From Phormidium sp. (GTDB lineage Bacteria > Cyanobacteriota > Cyanobacteriia > Cyanobacteriales > Aerosakkonemataceae), in NCBI GenBank assembly GCA_051013385.1, contig CP143273.1:1632001-1696000 (forward strand): DNA of 64,000 nucleotides. Reading direction: 5' to 3'. This document shows, in pieces, positions 18,734 to 29,190 of the stretch. Below the pieces are notes generated by a model, which had not been told where the DNA came from, did no database searches, and worked only from the letters and a program-made list of their open reading frames with translations. A program made the translations under genes and the position numbers. Positions within the stretch are counted from its first letter, which is position 1. Each line of letters begins with the position of its first letter.

Positions 18734-18804
18734 GTAAACTTAAAAATTCTCTATAAATTTTGTCGCTAATTTATCAATCTTTGTACGCAGATAGAAAGAT
18801 CTCG

Positions 18805-18906
18805 CAGGTAATAGTCGATCGACTTGCGCCTTCCAATGCTGTTGCCAATTCTTCAGATAATACCATGACATCAGGAAAGCGAGTTTTTGCGCGTGAACCA
18901 CGAATA
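18805..18906 (-). pseudogene. fragment of a Uma2-family endonuclease
   Basis: Minus-strand translation IRGSRAKTRFPDVMVLSEELATALEGASRSTIT; no start codon or C-terminus. Confidence 0.55.
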
Positions 18907-18971
18907 AAGTTTTAATTTATTATAATCAGCATACTATCAATTAATTGCTCTAATCAAAAGGAACAAAGATA

Positions 18972-19595
18972 ATGTCTTACGGAGATTTTACACTCAAAAA
19001 ACTGGAAACTCAATTTCAATTAATAATTATCGACCAAGCCGACTTATTCCCAAATATAGAACCCGTTAATCCTAGTCAACTATTACAAGAAACTTTAGCA
19101 GAAAATCTACCTCTGGCATTGGGAATTGATACGGAAAAAGCCAGATCAGAATTAATTTTCATGCCTGTTTTGGTTGAATTGCGGCGGCTTTTTAATCGCC
19201 AGATCAGTCTTTTTTCTGGTAGGGAGTTCAATATAGATTCTTCTGTTGGTCTTAATGGTACTTGCGATTTTATTATCAGTCATTCATCGCAACAATTATC
19301 TGTCAAAGCGCCAATTTTTACAGCTGTGGAAGCGAAAAATGATAATATTCGATCGGGCATTCCGCATTGCATTGCAGAAATGTTAGCAGCGCAAAAATTT
19401 AACGAACAAGAGAATAATAATATTCCTTGTATTTATGGTGCAGTAACAACAGGAAGTCTCTGGAAATTTATCAGGTTGGAAGCAACGACTGTTTATATTG
19501 AACTAAAGGAACATTTTATAGAAAATATTGCATCTCTTCTAGGGATTTTGTATAATATTGTTTCACTGACTCGACCAAATGAAAGAAATGCTTAG
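18972..19595 (+). CDS. hypothetical PD-(D/E)XK-like protein
   Basis: Motifs EKARSE, GTCDFII, VEAKND and YGAVTTG. Confidence 0.6.
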   Translation: MSYGDFTLKKLETQFQLIIIDQADLFPNIEPVNPSQLLQETLAENLPLALGIDTEKARSELIFMPVLVELRRLFNRQISLFSGREFNIDSSVGLNGTCDFIISHSSQQLSVKAPIFTAVEAKNDNIRSGIPHCIAEMLAAQKFNEQENNNIPCIYGAVTTGSLWKFIRLEATTVYIELKEHFIENIASLLGILYNIVSLTRPNERNA

Positions 19596-19612
19596 TTTTA
19601 ATGTATTTATTA

Positions 19613-20323
19613 TTAATACTTTAAATAAAATTCCTTGATTAAAGCCACAAATTCCGCGCTGTAACTATGTCTCGCTGTTTCTATTACTAGCGTACTTTCT
19701 TGATATTCCAATTCATTTTTACCCATTTCTAATAATATGCGTTTAATTGGGCTTTCTAAGGTTGATTTAACGTAGAGTTTACGCTGGCAATAAAACCCAA
19801 AGGTTTCGGCTTTTTCTTGAAAGGTTTGGGCTTGTTCGGTTGGATAAATTATGGCTAATCTGCCATCTTCACAAAGTAGCTTTTCGGCAATTTGTAATAT
19901 ATCAATTTGCTCAAGGTAATCGCTATGTCTCGCTATGGTTCTCGCTTTGATTGCGGCTTTAGAAGCGTTGGTGAAAAATGGGGGATTGGAAATTAACAAA
20001 TCGTAGCGTTTTGGGCAATTGATTGCGTAATTTTGGAGGGAATTATGATATATTTGAATGCGAGTTGACCAAGGGGAATTTTTGATATTTTCCCTGGCTT
20101 GATTACAGGCTTCTGAATCAATTTCTACTGCGTCAATTTGGGCGATCGAACGTTGGGCTAACATTAATGCTATTAAACCTGTTCCGGTGCCAATATCGAG
20201 GATTTGTTGGCTGTTTGTAATGTTTGCCCATGCACCTAACAAAACGCCATCTGTGCCGACTTTCATGGCACAACGATCGTGAAATACCGTAAATTTTTTA
20301 AAGCGAAAGTAAGGATTTGGCAT
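19613..20323 (-). CDS. tRNA1(Val) adenine37-N6-methyltransferase-like (TrmN6/YfiC)
   Basis: Motifs FRFKKF, AMKVGTDGVLLGAW, LDIGTGTG, SNPPFF and ARH. Confidence 0.85.
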   Translation of the reverse strand: MPNPYFRFKKFTVFHDRCAMKVGTDGVLLGAWANITNSQQILDIGTGTGLIALMLAQRSIAQIDAVEIDSEACNQARENIKNSPWSTRIQIYHNSLQNYAINCPKRYDLLISNPPFFTNASKAAIKARTIARHSDYLEQIDILQIAEKLLCEDGRLAIIYPTEQAQTFQEKAETFGFYCQRKLYVKSTLESPIKRILLEMGKNELEYQESTLVIETARHSYSAEFVALIKEFYLKY

Positions 20324-20329
20324 CAGGAT

Positions 20330-23300
20330 TTATGGGGAAGGAACATCGATAATGAAACGATTACGTCCGTTTGATTTGGCTTGGTAAAGGGCGCGATCGG
20401 CTGCTTCAATTAAAGCTAAAGGAACTGTTTCTAAATTGGGAAGTTTTGTGGCAATTCCGATACTGATAGTGACAAATTGTGAGATAGCAGAACCAATATG
20501 AGGCAGTTGCATTTCTTGGATAGCTTGATGAATTTTTTGAGCAACTTTTGCCGCAGCCTTACTATCAGTAAGAGGTAAAATAATAGCAAATTCTTCGCCA
20601 CCATAACGGGCTACTAAGTCGATCGGACGTTGTACTCCTTTTCTCAGGGCTTGGGCGACAAGTTGTAAACAAATATCTCCGGCAGTGTGTCCGTAGGTAT
20701 CATTATATTGTTTAAAATAATCAATGTCACAAAGGAGTAAAGATAAAGGTTGTTTTTCGCGGATTAAACGAGTCCATTCTTCGGAGAGTGTGCGATCGAA
20801 ACAGCGGCGATTAGCAACTTGGGTTAATTGATCGATTAAGGCTAAATTTTCTAACTGTTTGTTCGCCATTTGTAATTGTTGATGCAGTTCTGATTGTTGA
20901 ATTGCGATCGCTACTTGTGTCGCTAATTGTTGCAGTAATTCACTTTCCCAAGGATACCAATAACGTGGGGAACTACAATGATGCGCTACTAACAAACCCC
21001 AAAGATTATCACCTTGTAAAATAGGTACTACTAACTTAGCTCTTACTTGCAACCTTTCCATTAATTCTATGTGACAATCTGCAAATCCGGCATGATAAAT
21101 ATCGGGAGTGGCTTTAATTGTATTGTACTGATATGACTGCCCTTGTCTTTCTACAAAATAAGTATCTGTGATTTCCATATTCAGAATTTTTAACCAACCT
21201 TCTGCTACTGATTCTTTAACTACTATGCCACTCCAATCAGGATTAAAACGATAAATAATTACTCGCTCAGTTTGCAGAAAATGGCGCACTTCATCAACTG
21301 TTGTATTTAAAATTTGTTCTAAATCTAAAGATTGACGAATGCGTTGGGCGATCGCATAAATCATTCTTTCCCTTTCCGCTTGTTGTTTTAAAGTTTCTTC
21401 TGCTTGTTTGCGAATTGTGATATCAGTAAATGATGCGACTACAGCGTAAGGTTGGGTTTGATTTGGATGAAATAGGGGTTGGGAATTAATCGAAATCCAA
21501 CTCAAATTTCCATCAGGTTTGTGAACTCCCATGATAATATTAAATAGCGATTCTCCTGTGCGTAAAGTTACCATTGTTGGATGAGTTTCTCCCGGAAAAG
21601 GTGAACCATCTTCCTGTATTGCTTGCCATTGCGGATCGATCGAACTTCGCCCCATCATTTGATCGGCAGTTAACCCTAAAATTCTTTCTGCACTTTCGTT
21701 ACAAGCAGTAATTCTTCCATCAGCTTGCTGTAAAACAATACCTTCTGCCATCGTTGAAATTAAAGAACGATAACGTTCTTCACTTTCTCGCAAAGCTTCT
21801 TCTATAACTTTGCGTTCAGTGATATCAGTATTTGTCCCAATCATTCTTAAAGGATGACCATCTTTTGTGTACTCAATAACTTTACTCCGAGCTAAAATCC
21901 ATTTATAAGTTCCATCCTTACATTGAAGTCGGTATTCGTTAATGCACTGTTCTGTTTCCCCACGAAAATGCTGTTCAACTTCCTGAGAAAGTTGCTGAAT
22001 ATCATCAGGATGAACCAATTTTTCCCAATCATTTAAATTATTGCCAATTTCAGATTCGGCAAATCCCAGCATTTTTTTCCAGCTACAGGAGAGGAAAAGT
22101 TCATTTGTCTGAATATTCCAGTCCCAAACACCATCTCCGTTACCTTCTAAGGCATATTGCCAACGCGCTTCACTTTCTCGCAATGCTGCTTCTGCTTGGA
22201 TGCGATCGCTAATATTTTCCGCAAATGCAAAACTATATTCTTCATCATTAAACTGAACATAGTTAGCACTAATTTCCACCGGGAAAATCTGACCATTTTT
22301 TCTTTGATGTCGGGAAATGAAAGTAATATTTTGGCGTTGTTTAAGTGCTTGCCAACCTTTTGACCATAACTCCTGAGAAAAATCTGGATCGAAATCATAA
22401 ATGTACATTGATTCTAACTCAGTCCGAGAATAACCCAGCGATTCACAAGCAGCTTGATTGACGCGCAAAACTTTGCCATTTTTGTCCAGCCAAGTAGCTG
22501 CCAAAGCTAAAGATTCAAAGGAAAAATCAGTTAAGCGGAGAGATTTTTCTAACTGTTTACGCTGGCTAATATCTTCAAATATATATAATCTGCCAAAATA
22601 GCGATCGTAAATATCCCGAACTTGGCTAGAAAAGCGGCGAATTGTCCGCCCATCGACAAACAGAATCTCATCTTCAATTGTGATCCGGTTGTCTTCACTT
22701 TGCAACGGTTTACAACTTTCAGCAAAGGCGGGAACATCTGCAATTAACCGCACACAATCAGGAATAATATCATTATTTTTGATCTCACATCGCCCGATTT
22801 TCTCTGCTAAATGTTCAATTCCCCATATTTCGCAAAAGCGGTGATTAAAATATAAAATTTCATCGTTGCGGTTATTCACAACATAAAAGCCTAACTGAGA
22901 ACTATCAGTCATGGAACGCAAAAGTGCTTCCTGTCCCCGCAATTCTTCTTCAATACCTTGGTGTGCTTGGAAAATAATTTGTTCTCTTTCTAGGGATTTG
23001 TTTTGTTGTCGTAATTGCTGCTGAATTTCTAACTGTTGCAAAACAATTCCCAATTGTGCTCCAATCAATTGGAGAAATTTAATTTCCAAAGAATGCCAGT
23101 GGCGCGGACTGCTGCACTGATGCACAATTAGTAAACCCCAAATCTCAGGAGAAGCAGGTGCTTTTTCTGGCGGTTGTTGGCGCGTCAGCAAAATTGGTAC
23201 AACCAAATTCGCTCGGATTTGTAAACGGGTTAATAAATTTTTGTAACAAGGTTCTAGAGGTTGGGTATCAATGTCTTCTAAAATGCCAACTCGTCCTTGT

Positions 23301-23590
23301 CGATATTGCGCTATCCATTGGGCATTGAAGCAAGGATCGTAAATCAGTTTTCCCAAAATTGGCTGCCATTCTGGGCTTACAGACTCTTCTGCAACTACTC
23401 CATCTCCATCGGGTAGAAAGCGATAGATCACGACTCGATCGCTTGCCAACACTTGCCTAACTTCCTGCACCGTGAGGCTCAAAATCTCACTCAAGTCAAG
23501 ACACTGGTGAATTTGCAGAGTGAATTCTCTAACGCGATCGAGTATTTGCTCCAAGGCAACATCAGCACCAGACAGACGACTTATAAACAT
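20330..23590 (-). CDS. diguanylate cyclase with two cyanobacteriochrome-type GAF domains and multiple PAS domains
   Basis: GAF1 DPCF...PCY; GAF2 DTYF...DCH; PAS repeats; RPID I-site followed by RYGGEEF. Confidence 0.85.
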   Translation of the reverse strand: MFISRLSGADVALEQILDRVREFTLQIHQCLDLSEILSLTVQEVRQVLASDRVVIYRFLPDGDGVVAEESVSPEWQPILGKLIYDPCFNAQWIAQYRQGRVGILEDIDTQPLEPCYKNLLTRLQIRANLVVPILLTRQQPPEKAPASPEIWGLLIVHQCSSPRHWHSLEIKFLQLIGAQLGIVLQQLEIQQQLRQQNKSLEREQIIFQAHQGIEEELRGQEALLRSMTDSSQLGFYVVNNRNDEILYFNHRFCEIWGIEHLAEKIGRCEIKNNDIIPDCVRLIADVPAFAESCKPLQSEDNRITIEDEILFVDGRTIRRFSSQVRDIYDRYFGRLYIFEDISQRKQLEKSLRLTDFSFESLALAATWLDKNGKVLRVNQAACESLGYSRTELESMYIYDFDPDFSQELWSKGWQALKQRQNITFISRHQRKNGQIFPVEISANYVQFNDEEYSFAFAENISDRIQAEAALRESEARWQYALEGNGDGVWDWNIQTNELFLSCSWKKMLGFAESEIGNNLNDWEKLVHPDDIQQLSQEVEQHFRGETEQCINEYRLQCKDGTYKWILARSKVIEYTKDGHPLRMIGTNTDITERKVIEEALRESEERYRSLISTMAEGIVLQQADGRITACNESAERILGLTADQMMGRSSIDPQWQAIQEDGSPFPGETHPTMVTLRTGESLFNIIMGVHKPDGNLSWISINSQPLFHPNQTQPYAVVASFTDITIRKQAEETLKQQAERERMIYAIAQRIRQSLDLEQILNTTVDEVRHFLQTERVIIYRFNPDWSGIVVKESVAEGWLKILNMEITDTYFVERQGQSYQYNTIKATPDIYHAGFADCHIELMERLQVRAKLVVPILQGDNLWGLLVAHHCSSPRYWYPWESELLQQLATQVAIAIQQSELHQQLQMANKQLENLALIDQLTQVANRRCFDRTLSEEWTRLIREKQPLSLLLCDIDYFKQYNDTYGHTAGDICLQLVAQALRKGVQRPIDLVARYGGEEFAIILPLTDSKAAAKVAQKIHQAIQEMQLPHIGSAISQFVTISIGIATKLPNLETVPLALIEAADRALYQAKSNGRNRFIIDVPSP

Positions 23591-23763
23591 AGCGTAAATT
23601 GTAGTGACTAACGTACTATTTAATACAATTTTTTACGATAAACCTTAGCGATTCCAGATTAAACACAAAACAACACAGAACTTACTTAAATTTCACAAGC
23701 GATCGTAGATCTGCGATGTAAACTAATTGCTACATAATATAATCTACAACTTTGATAACCACA

Positions 23764-24036
23764 ATGAATCAAAACAACCAACGTGCCTATTGGCGAGCAA
23801 ATACAGCGTTGATTCGCAACTTATTAATAATTTGGGCTGTAGTTTCCTTTGGATTGAGCATATTATTCGTCCAACCTCTCAACAACTTCAGGTTTGGTAG
23901 TGTTCCTTTAGGATTTTGGATTGCCCAACAAGGTTCGATTTACGTATTTGTGGCATTAATTTTTTACTACGCTTACCGAATGGACAAACTCGATCGCAAA
24001 TATCTGAAAAAGAACAATGATTCGCAACAGGACTAG
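23764..24036 (+). CDS. DUF4212 small membrane partner of a solute symporter
   Basis: Motifs AYWRAN and PLGFWIAQQGSI. Confidence 0.85.
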   Translation: MNQNNQRAYWRANTALIRNLLIIWAVVSFGLSILFVQPLNNFRFGSVPLGFWIAQQGSIYVFVALIFYYAYRMDKLDRKYLKKNNDSQQD

Positions 24037-24122
24037 GAACTGGGGACTGGGGACTAGGAGAAGTCTTAATGACAAATGACAAATGACAAATGACCAATTA
24101 CCCAAATCTTTGAGGTTTAATA

Positions 24123-25811
24123 ATGTCAGCAGAAGTTTGGACGACTGTACTCGTCATCATTTCATTTATTGTCTACATATATATAGGATGGCACTCGCGA
24201 GTTAAAGATACCAAAGGCTTTTTTGTTGCCGATCAAGGTGTGCCTTCCTTAGCAAATGGGGCGGCGACTGCTGCTGATTGGATGTCTGCCGCTTCCTTTA
24301 TTTCAATGGCGGGAATTATTTCCTTTTTAGGTTACGATGGTTCGATTTTTTTGATGGGTTGGACTGGGGGTTATGTGTTGCTGGCGCTGTTGTTAGCACC
24401 TTATCTTCGCAAGTTTGGGAAATATACTGTGCCGGATTTTGTTGGCGATCGCTATTACTCTAATGTCGCTCGTTTAGTAGCAGTAATTGCGGCAATTTTC
24501 GTGTCTTTAACTTATGTTGCCGGACAAATGCGGGGAGTGGGAATTGTGTTTAGCCGCTTTCTGCAAGTAGATATCAATACCGGAGTGGTTATTGGCATGG
24601 TAATTGTTGCCTTTTTCGCCATTTTAGGAGGCATGAAAGGCATTACTTGGACTCAGGTTGCCCAATATATTGTGTTAATTGTGGCTTATTTGATTCCCGC
24701 GATCGCAATTTCCATGTTGCTCACAAATAATCCAATTCCGCAACTCAGTTTCACCTTCAGCGATATCATTGAAAGACTCAACACCATCCAAACTGATTTA
24801 GGTTTTCCCGCTTACACCCAACCTTTTGCTAACAAACCAATGATTGATGTGTTGTTCTTCACTATTACCTTAATGGTGGGAACAGCTGGTTTACCGCACA
24901 TTATCGTCAGGTTTTACACAGTTCCCGATGTGAGAGCGGCTCGTTGGTCGGCTGGTTGGGCGTTGTTGTTCATTGCTATTCTTTATACTACCGCCCCAGC
25001 TTTGGCATCTTTTGCCCGTTACAACTTAATTGATAGCTTGAATAACAAAACCGTTGCGGAAGTGCAACAACTCGACTGGGTAAGAAAGTGGGAAAATACC
25101 GGATTATTGAAGTTTGAGGACAAAAACAACGATGGGCGCTTTCAATTAACACCGGACAAAAAAACCAGTGAAATTACGATCGATCGCGATATCGTAGTAC
25201 TCTCCACCCCAGAAGTTGCCAAACTCGCCCCTTGGGTAATCGCCCTCGTCGCCGCAGGTGGATTAGCAGCAGCTTTATCAACAGCTTCCGGGTTGTTGTT
25301 GGTGATTTCCAGTTCGATCGCCCATGATGTTTATTATCGGATGATCGATCCGGGTGCTTCCGAATCAAAGCGGCTATTTGTCGGTAGAGTAATTGTGGGA
25401 ATTGCGATCGTTGTTGCTGGTTATTTTGGCATTAATCCGCCCGGATTTGTGGCAGAAGTAGTTGCCCTTGCCTTTGGGTTAGCAGCAGCCAGCTTTTTCC
25501 CGATCATAGTATTGGGTGTGTTTGACAAAAGGACTAATCGGGAAGGTGCGATCGCAGGGATGATAGTCGGTTTAGTCATCACCACCATCTACATCTTTAG
25601 CGTCAAATTCGGCGGAATGCAACCTTGGTTCGGCATTTCCGCAGAAGGATTCGGCACAGTCGGCATGATACTCAATTTCATCGTCACTTTAGCCGTTTCC
25701 CGCTTCACTCCCCCACCCCCCGCAGAAGTACAAGCATTGGTAGAAGAGTTGCGAACCCCAGAACATGAACCCCCAGCATTGCCTGACATTGGCGAAGAAC
25801 AATTAGATTAG
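24123..25811 (+). CDS. sodium:solute symporter (ActP-like)
   Basis: Motifs ATAADWMSAASF, GTAGLPH and AAALSTASGLL. Confidence 0.9.
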   Translation: MSAEVWTTVLVIISFIVYIYIGWHSRVKDTKGFFVADQGVPSLANGAATAADWMSAASFISMAGIISFLGYDGSIFLMGWTGGYVLLALLLAPYLRKFGKYTVPDFVGDRYYSNVARLVAVIAAIFVSLTYVAGQMRGVGIVFSRFLQVDINTGVVIGMVIVAFFAILGGMKGITWTQVAQYIVLIVAYLIPAIAISMLLTNNPIPQLSFTFSDIIERLNTIQTDLGFPAYTQPFANKPMIDVLFFTITLMVGTAGLPHIIVRFYTVPDVRAARWSAGWALLFIAILYTTAPALASFARYNLIDSLNNKTVAEVQQLDWVRKWENTGLLKFEDKNNDGRFQLTPDKKTSEITIDRDIVVLSTPEVAKLAPWVIALVAAGGLAAALSTASGLLLVISSSIAHDVYYRMIDPGASESKRLFVGRVIVGIAIVVAGYFGINPPGFVAEVVALAFGLAAASFFPIIVLGVFDKRTNREGAIAGMIVGLVITTIYIFSVKFGGMQPWFGISAEGFGTVGMILNFIVTLAVSRFTPPPPAEVQALVEELRTPEHEPPALPDIGEEQLD

Positions 25812-25848
25812 GCATTGGGGACTGGGGACTAGGGACTAGGATTTCTGA

Positions 25849-25878
25849 TGTAGAGACGTTATATATAACGTCTCTACA
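25849..25878. repeat. perfect 30-bp palindrome (REP-like), also at 51427-51456
   Basis: TGTAGAGACGTTATATATAACGTCTCTACA. Confidence 0.85.
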
Positions 25879-25996
25879 AACTTTTGGATTAAGGATAATC
25901 TGGCTAATTACTAAAGTGTAAGGTTAACCTTACATCTGTGTTAATCTGTGGTTAAAAAAATCCTCAGTACGTAGTTGCGCTTTAGCGCTAAAAATT

Positions 25997-26236
25997 ATGA
26001 GCATAGAACAGTTAGTAATCCAAAAATTAAAAACTCTTTCCCCTGAAAAACAGCAAGAAGTATTAGATTTTGTAGAATTTTTACAATCTAAGACTTTGCC
26101 AGATGAATCTTCTAATCAACAGTTAAGCGAATCTGCTTCTTTTTTGACCCTTGCCCAAAAATGGGTGGGTTGTGTTGATGCACCAAGCGATCTTTCTACT
26201 AACAAAAAGTATCTGGATGGGTATGGAAACGAATGA
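25997..26236 (+). CDS. DUF2281-like antitoxin
   Basis: Motifs LSPEKQQEVLDFVEFL and PSDLSTNKKYLDGYG; ATGA overlap with a PIN gene. Confidence 0.75.
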   Translation: MSIEQLVIQKLKTLSPEKQQEVLDFVEFLQSKTLPDESSNQQLSESASFLTLAQKWVGCVDAPSDLSTNKKYLDGYGNE

Positions 26237-26655
26237 GGCAGCGTATATTGTTAGATACTGGCCCTTTGGTGGCTTCTCTCAATCGTCGAGACAAATTTCA
26301 TCAATGGGTAACGACAGAGTTAACAACAATTAAAGCGCCTTTATTGACTTGTGAGGCAGTACTTTCAGAAGCTTGTTTTCTCTTGCGAAATTTTTACCCA
26401 GGACAGCAGGCGGCGATCGCTTTAGTTAACAGCGGACTCATTCAAATACCCTTCTGCTTGCAAGAAGAAGCTGATATTATTAGTGAACTAATGACTCGTT
26501 ACCAGTCTGTACCAATGTCTTTGGCTGATGCTTGTTTAGTGCGGATGGCTGAACAGTATTCTGGAAGTACTATTTTAACTTTCGATCGCGATTTTTTAAT
26601 TTATCGCAAGAATAGAAATGAAGCAATTCCTTTGATTATGCCAGAAAATGCTTAA
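26233..26655 (+). CDS. PIN-domain (VapC-like) toxin
   Basis: Motifs LLDTGPLVA, TCEAVLSE, MSLADACL and TFDRDF. Confidence 0.85.
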   Translation: MRQRILLDTGPLVASLNRRDKFHQWVTTELTTIKAPLLTCEAVLSEACFLLRNFYPGQQAAIALVNSGLIQIPFCLQEEADIISELMTRYQSVPMSLADACLVRMAEQYSGSTILTFDRDFLIYRKNRNEAIPLIMPENA

Positions 26656-26658
26656 TGA

Positions 26659-29190
26659 CTAATTATGCTCCCATTCTCTCGCGATTCTTTCTAAGTCTTT
26701 TGCTGCACCTAATTGTTGAAAGATTTGATGGGCGGTGTTGTAATGTTGTTGGGCGAGTTCGGTGTTATTGCGCTGACGATAAAGTTGAGCTAAATCGTAG
26801 TTAGTTTCGGCAATACTCTTTTGTATTTGTAACTCTTCAAACATCGATAATGCTTTAATTAACAGATCTTTTGCTGTTTCAAAGTCGCCTTGAATAATTC
26901 TTATTTTTCCCAAAGCAGCCATTGCTATTGCTACAACCTCTAAACTGAATTCAGTGGTATTACGCTCAATGATATCCTCATATACTTTTTCAATAGAATT
27001 TTTTACTTGCCTTAATGGATTAAGAAGTTGTTCGTGAACTTTGTTTTTTTGATATTCTAAATTTTCAATATTTTTATCGTAAGTATCATTATTGCCTACT
27101 TTTTTAGAGAAATCATTGGTTTGCTCTTCTTCTACCCTATAAGCTTCTTGTAGCATTTCATCTGCTTTTATCTTAAACAGTGACATCTTAATTATTTGAG
27201 TCTGAACACAGTCTTCATCTTTTATCAAAGCTAAGGCTTCATTAAAGTATTTTTTAGCAAGATCTAACTCGCCTAAATCTAGATATAGTAGTCCTATTGC
27301 GTCCAAACATTTCAGACGAAGGTTGCCAGTAATATGAGGTAAAATTTCTTCATATAATACTTTTAATGAATTCCAGTAGCCCCAACGTCTAAGATATTTG
27401 TCTATTGTTGTTAACAATAAAGATGCTGCAACGTTATAGCGTTCCAACAACCAGGAAAAAAAGAAAGCTTGTAAGATAGGCTGCAATTCATCTATATTCT
27501 TAAAATTTTCGACGTTTCTACCTGATAGATAAAATGAGTAGGCACTTTTGAATGGATTGAGTAACTCGTATCGGTATTCTTCTTGCAGAAACTCCACGAT
27601 TACCCGATGCAAATCGTAAAATAATTCACATTTATCTTCATCATAGTGTTCTTGAACCAAACTGCTATCGACTAATCGTTCTAAAATGGCTTCTGTTTCC
27701 TCAATTTCCTCATCTGTAAATTCTGCTGGTTCTCCTGAATTCGCTGCTGCTAATAAACGTCGATCTTTTTCTTCATCACCAGTATATAACCGCAAAAAAG
27801 TCAAACCTGGAACATCAATAGGAACGCGCAAAACACACATCCGCTTGAGTAAATCTCGCGCCGCAGCACTTTGCCTTGCCAACTGTTCAGTTAAAATCGG
27901 TTCAGCTTTTTTCGTCACCAATTCGGGATGCTTCCGCAGAAATCCAGGTTTACCTTTACCAATAGCCGCGAGTTGGGTTAACAAAAAAACATGACCTTCA
28001 ACCCGAAGCGAAACCCACTCTAAATCAGATAAATTATCCCGCAATTGGCGCTGTTGCAAAATCTCCACACCCGCCTCAATATCCACACCCGTTAATGTTT
28101 CGATATGCACCAATTCCGAATCAGGTTCCGCCCCATCATAGCGGGAATCAGCCAAATCTGCCGGAACTTCCCGACTAGTTAAAATAGTTTGGGAACAATG
28201 CTGCTGATAAACCAAAGCATTTAACAATTTACCCCAATCCGGCGCAATAGCTTTTCCCCCTTGGGAATCATTAGCTGGGTGCAAAATAGTTTCCAGGTTA
28301 TCCAACAGCAAAAGACAGCGAATTTCTGCCAAACCTGCAATAATTCTCCCAATTTTTTCCTCAGCACTTTTCAAAGTTTCCGCCGTTTCAATTCCCAACC
28401 CATCTAACAGAAACTCCGCCACATCATCAAAACTAGTCCCCTCCTGCACCTTAAAATACATCACACAATCATAAAGACAATTTCCCACAATTCCCCCCTT
28501 ATTAAGGGGGGCTAGGGGGGATCTCAAATTAACCCCAATAACCTCCAAAAGTTTCACCGCCAAACTAGTTTTACCAATACCCCCTTGTCCAATTATTGCT
28601 AATACCTTGGGTGAACTCGTCAAAGAATCAGTTTCTAAACCCGTTAATTTAGCCTTTAATTTCTCCAGCAACTCATCCCGCCCCTTCCAAACAGGTACAC
28701 TAGGAATTGCTGCTAACCCGATAACCCGCTTTTCTGTCACAGGTTCGGCATTTTCTTTGCCATTAATTTCAACAGTGGAAGAAGGTTGGCAATTACAAAA
28801 TTCTGCCAACTTTCGCAAATTCTCGTCTTTGTCTTTACTCCAAAGTTTTAGGGTAAAACTCCACTGGCTGTTACCCCGTGTTGCAGATGGAGGGCGGTGA
28901 TCCTCTAAAATTTTCAGACGATCTCTGAGATAGTCGGTTAACACCTCACCGATATACAACCGAGTTTGTTTGTCTGATGTTTTTTCGGTTGGTTTAAACC
29001 CATCTTTACCCCGCAGCAGGTATTGCAACGCTACCAAAGTAGCTTTAACGCTTAAGTCTGTGCTGTTGTCTTTCCAACTGGCGTGAAGTTTGGAGATGCG
29101 ATCGCTATCATTCAAAGCATAATCTAGCAATGCTTCAACCAATTGCCTGATTCGCTTTATTGATTTATCGCCAAAACCTTGGTTAGGCAT
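26659..29190 (-). CDS. NB-ARC (STAND) ATPase with C-terminal TPRs
   Basis: Motifs GQGGIGKTSL, LLLLDNLE, TSRE and YDLHRVI; TPR-like helices at the C-terminus. Confidence 0.85.
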   Translation of the reverse strand: MPNQGFGDKSIKRIRQLVEALLDYALNDSDRISKLHASWKDNSTDLSVKATLVALQYLLRGKDGFKPTEKTSDKQTRLYIGEVLTDYLRDRLKILEDHRPPSATRGNSQWSFTLKLWSKDKDENLRKLAEFCNCQPSSTVEINGKENAEPVTEKRVIGLAAIPSVPVWKGRDELLEKLKAKLTGLETDSLTSSPKVLAIIGQGGIGKTSLAVKLLEVIGVNLRSPLAPLNKGGIVGNCLYDCVMYFKVQEGTSFDDVAEFLLDGLGIETAETLKSAEEKIGRIIAGLAEIRCLLLLDNLETILHPANDSQGGKAIAPDWGKLLNALVYQQHCSQTILTSREVPADLADSRYDGAEPDSELVHIETLTGVDIEAGVEILQQRQLRDNLSDLEWVSLRVEGHVFLLTQLAAIGKGKPGFLRKHPELVTKKAEPILTEQLARQSAAARDLLKRMCVLRVPIDVPGLTFLRLYTGDEEKDRRLLAAANSGEPAEFTDEEIEETEAILERLVDSSLVQEHYDEDKCELFYDLHRVIVEFLQEEYRYELLNPFKSAYSFYLSGRNVENFKNIDELQPILQAFFFSWLLERYNVAASLLLTTIDKYLRRWGYWNSLKVLYEEILPHITGNLRLKCLDAIGLLYLDLGELDLAKKYFNEALALIKDEDCVQTQIIKMSLFKIKADEMLQEAYRVEEEQTNDFSKKVGNNDTYDKNIENLEYQKNKVHEQLLNPLRQVKNSIEKVYEDIIERNTTEFSLEVVAIAMAALGKIRIIQGDFETAKDLLIKALSMFEELQIQKSIAETNYDLAQLYRQRNNTELAQQHYNTAHQIFQQLGAAKDLERIAREWEHN

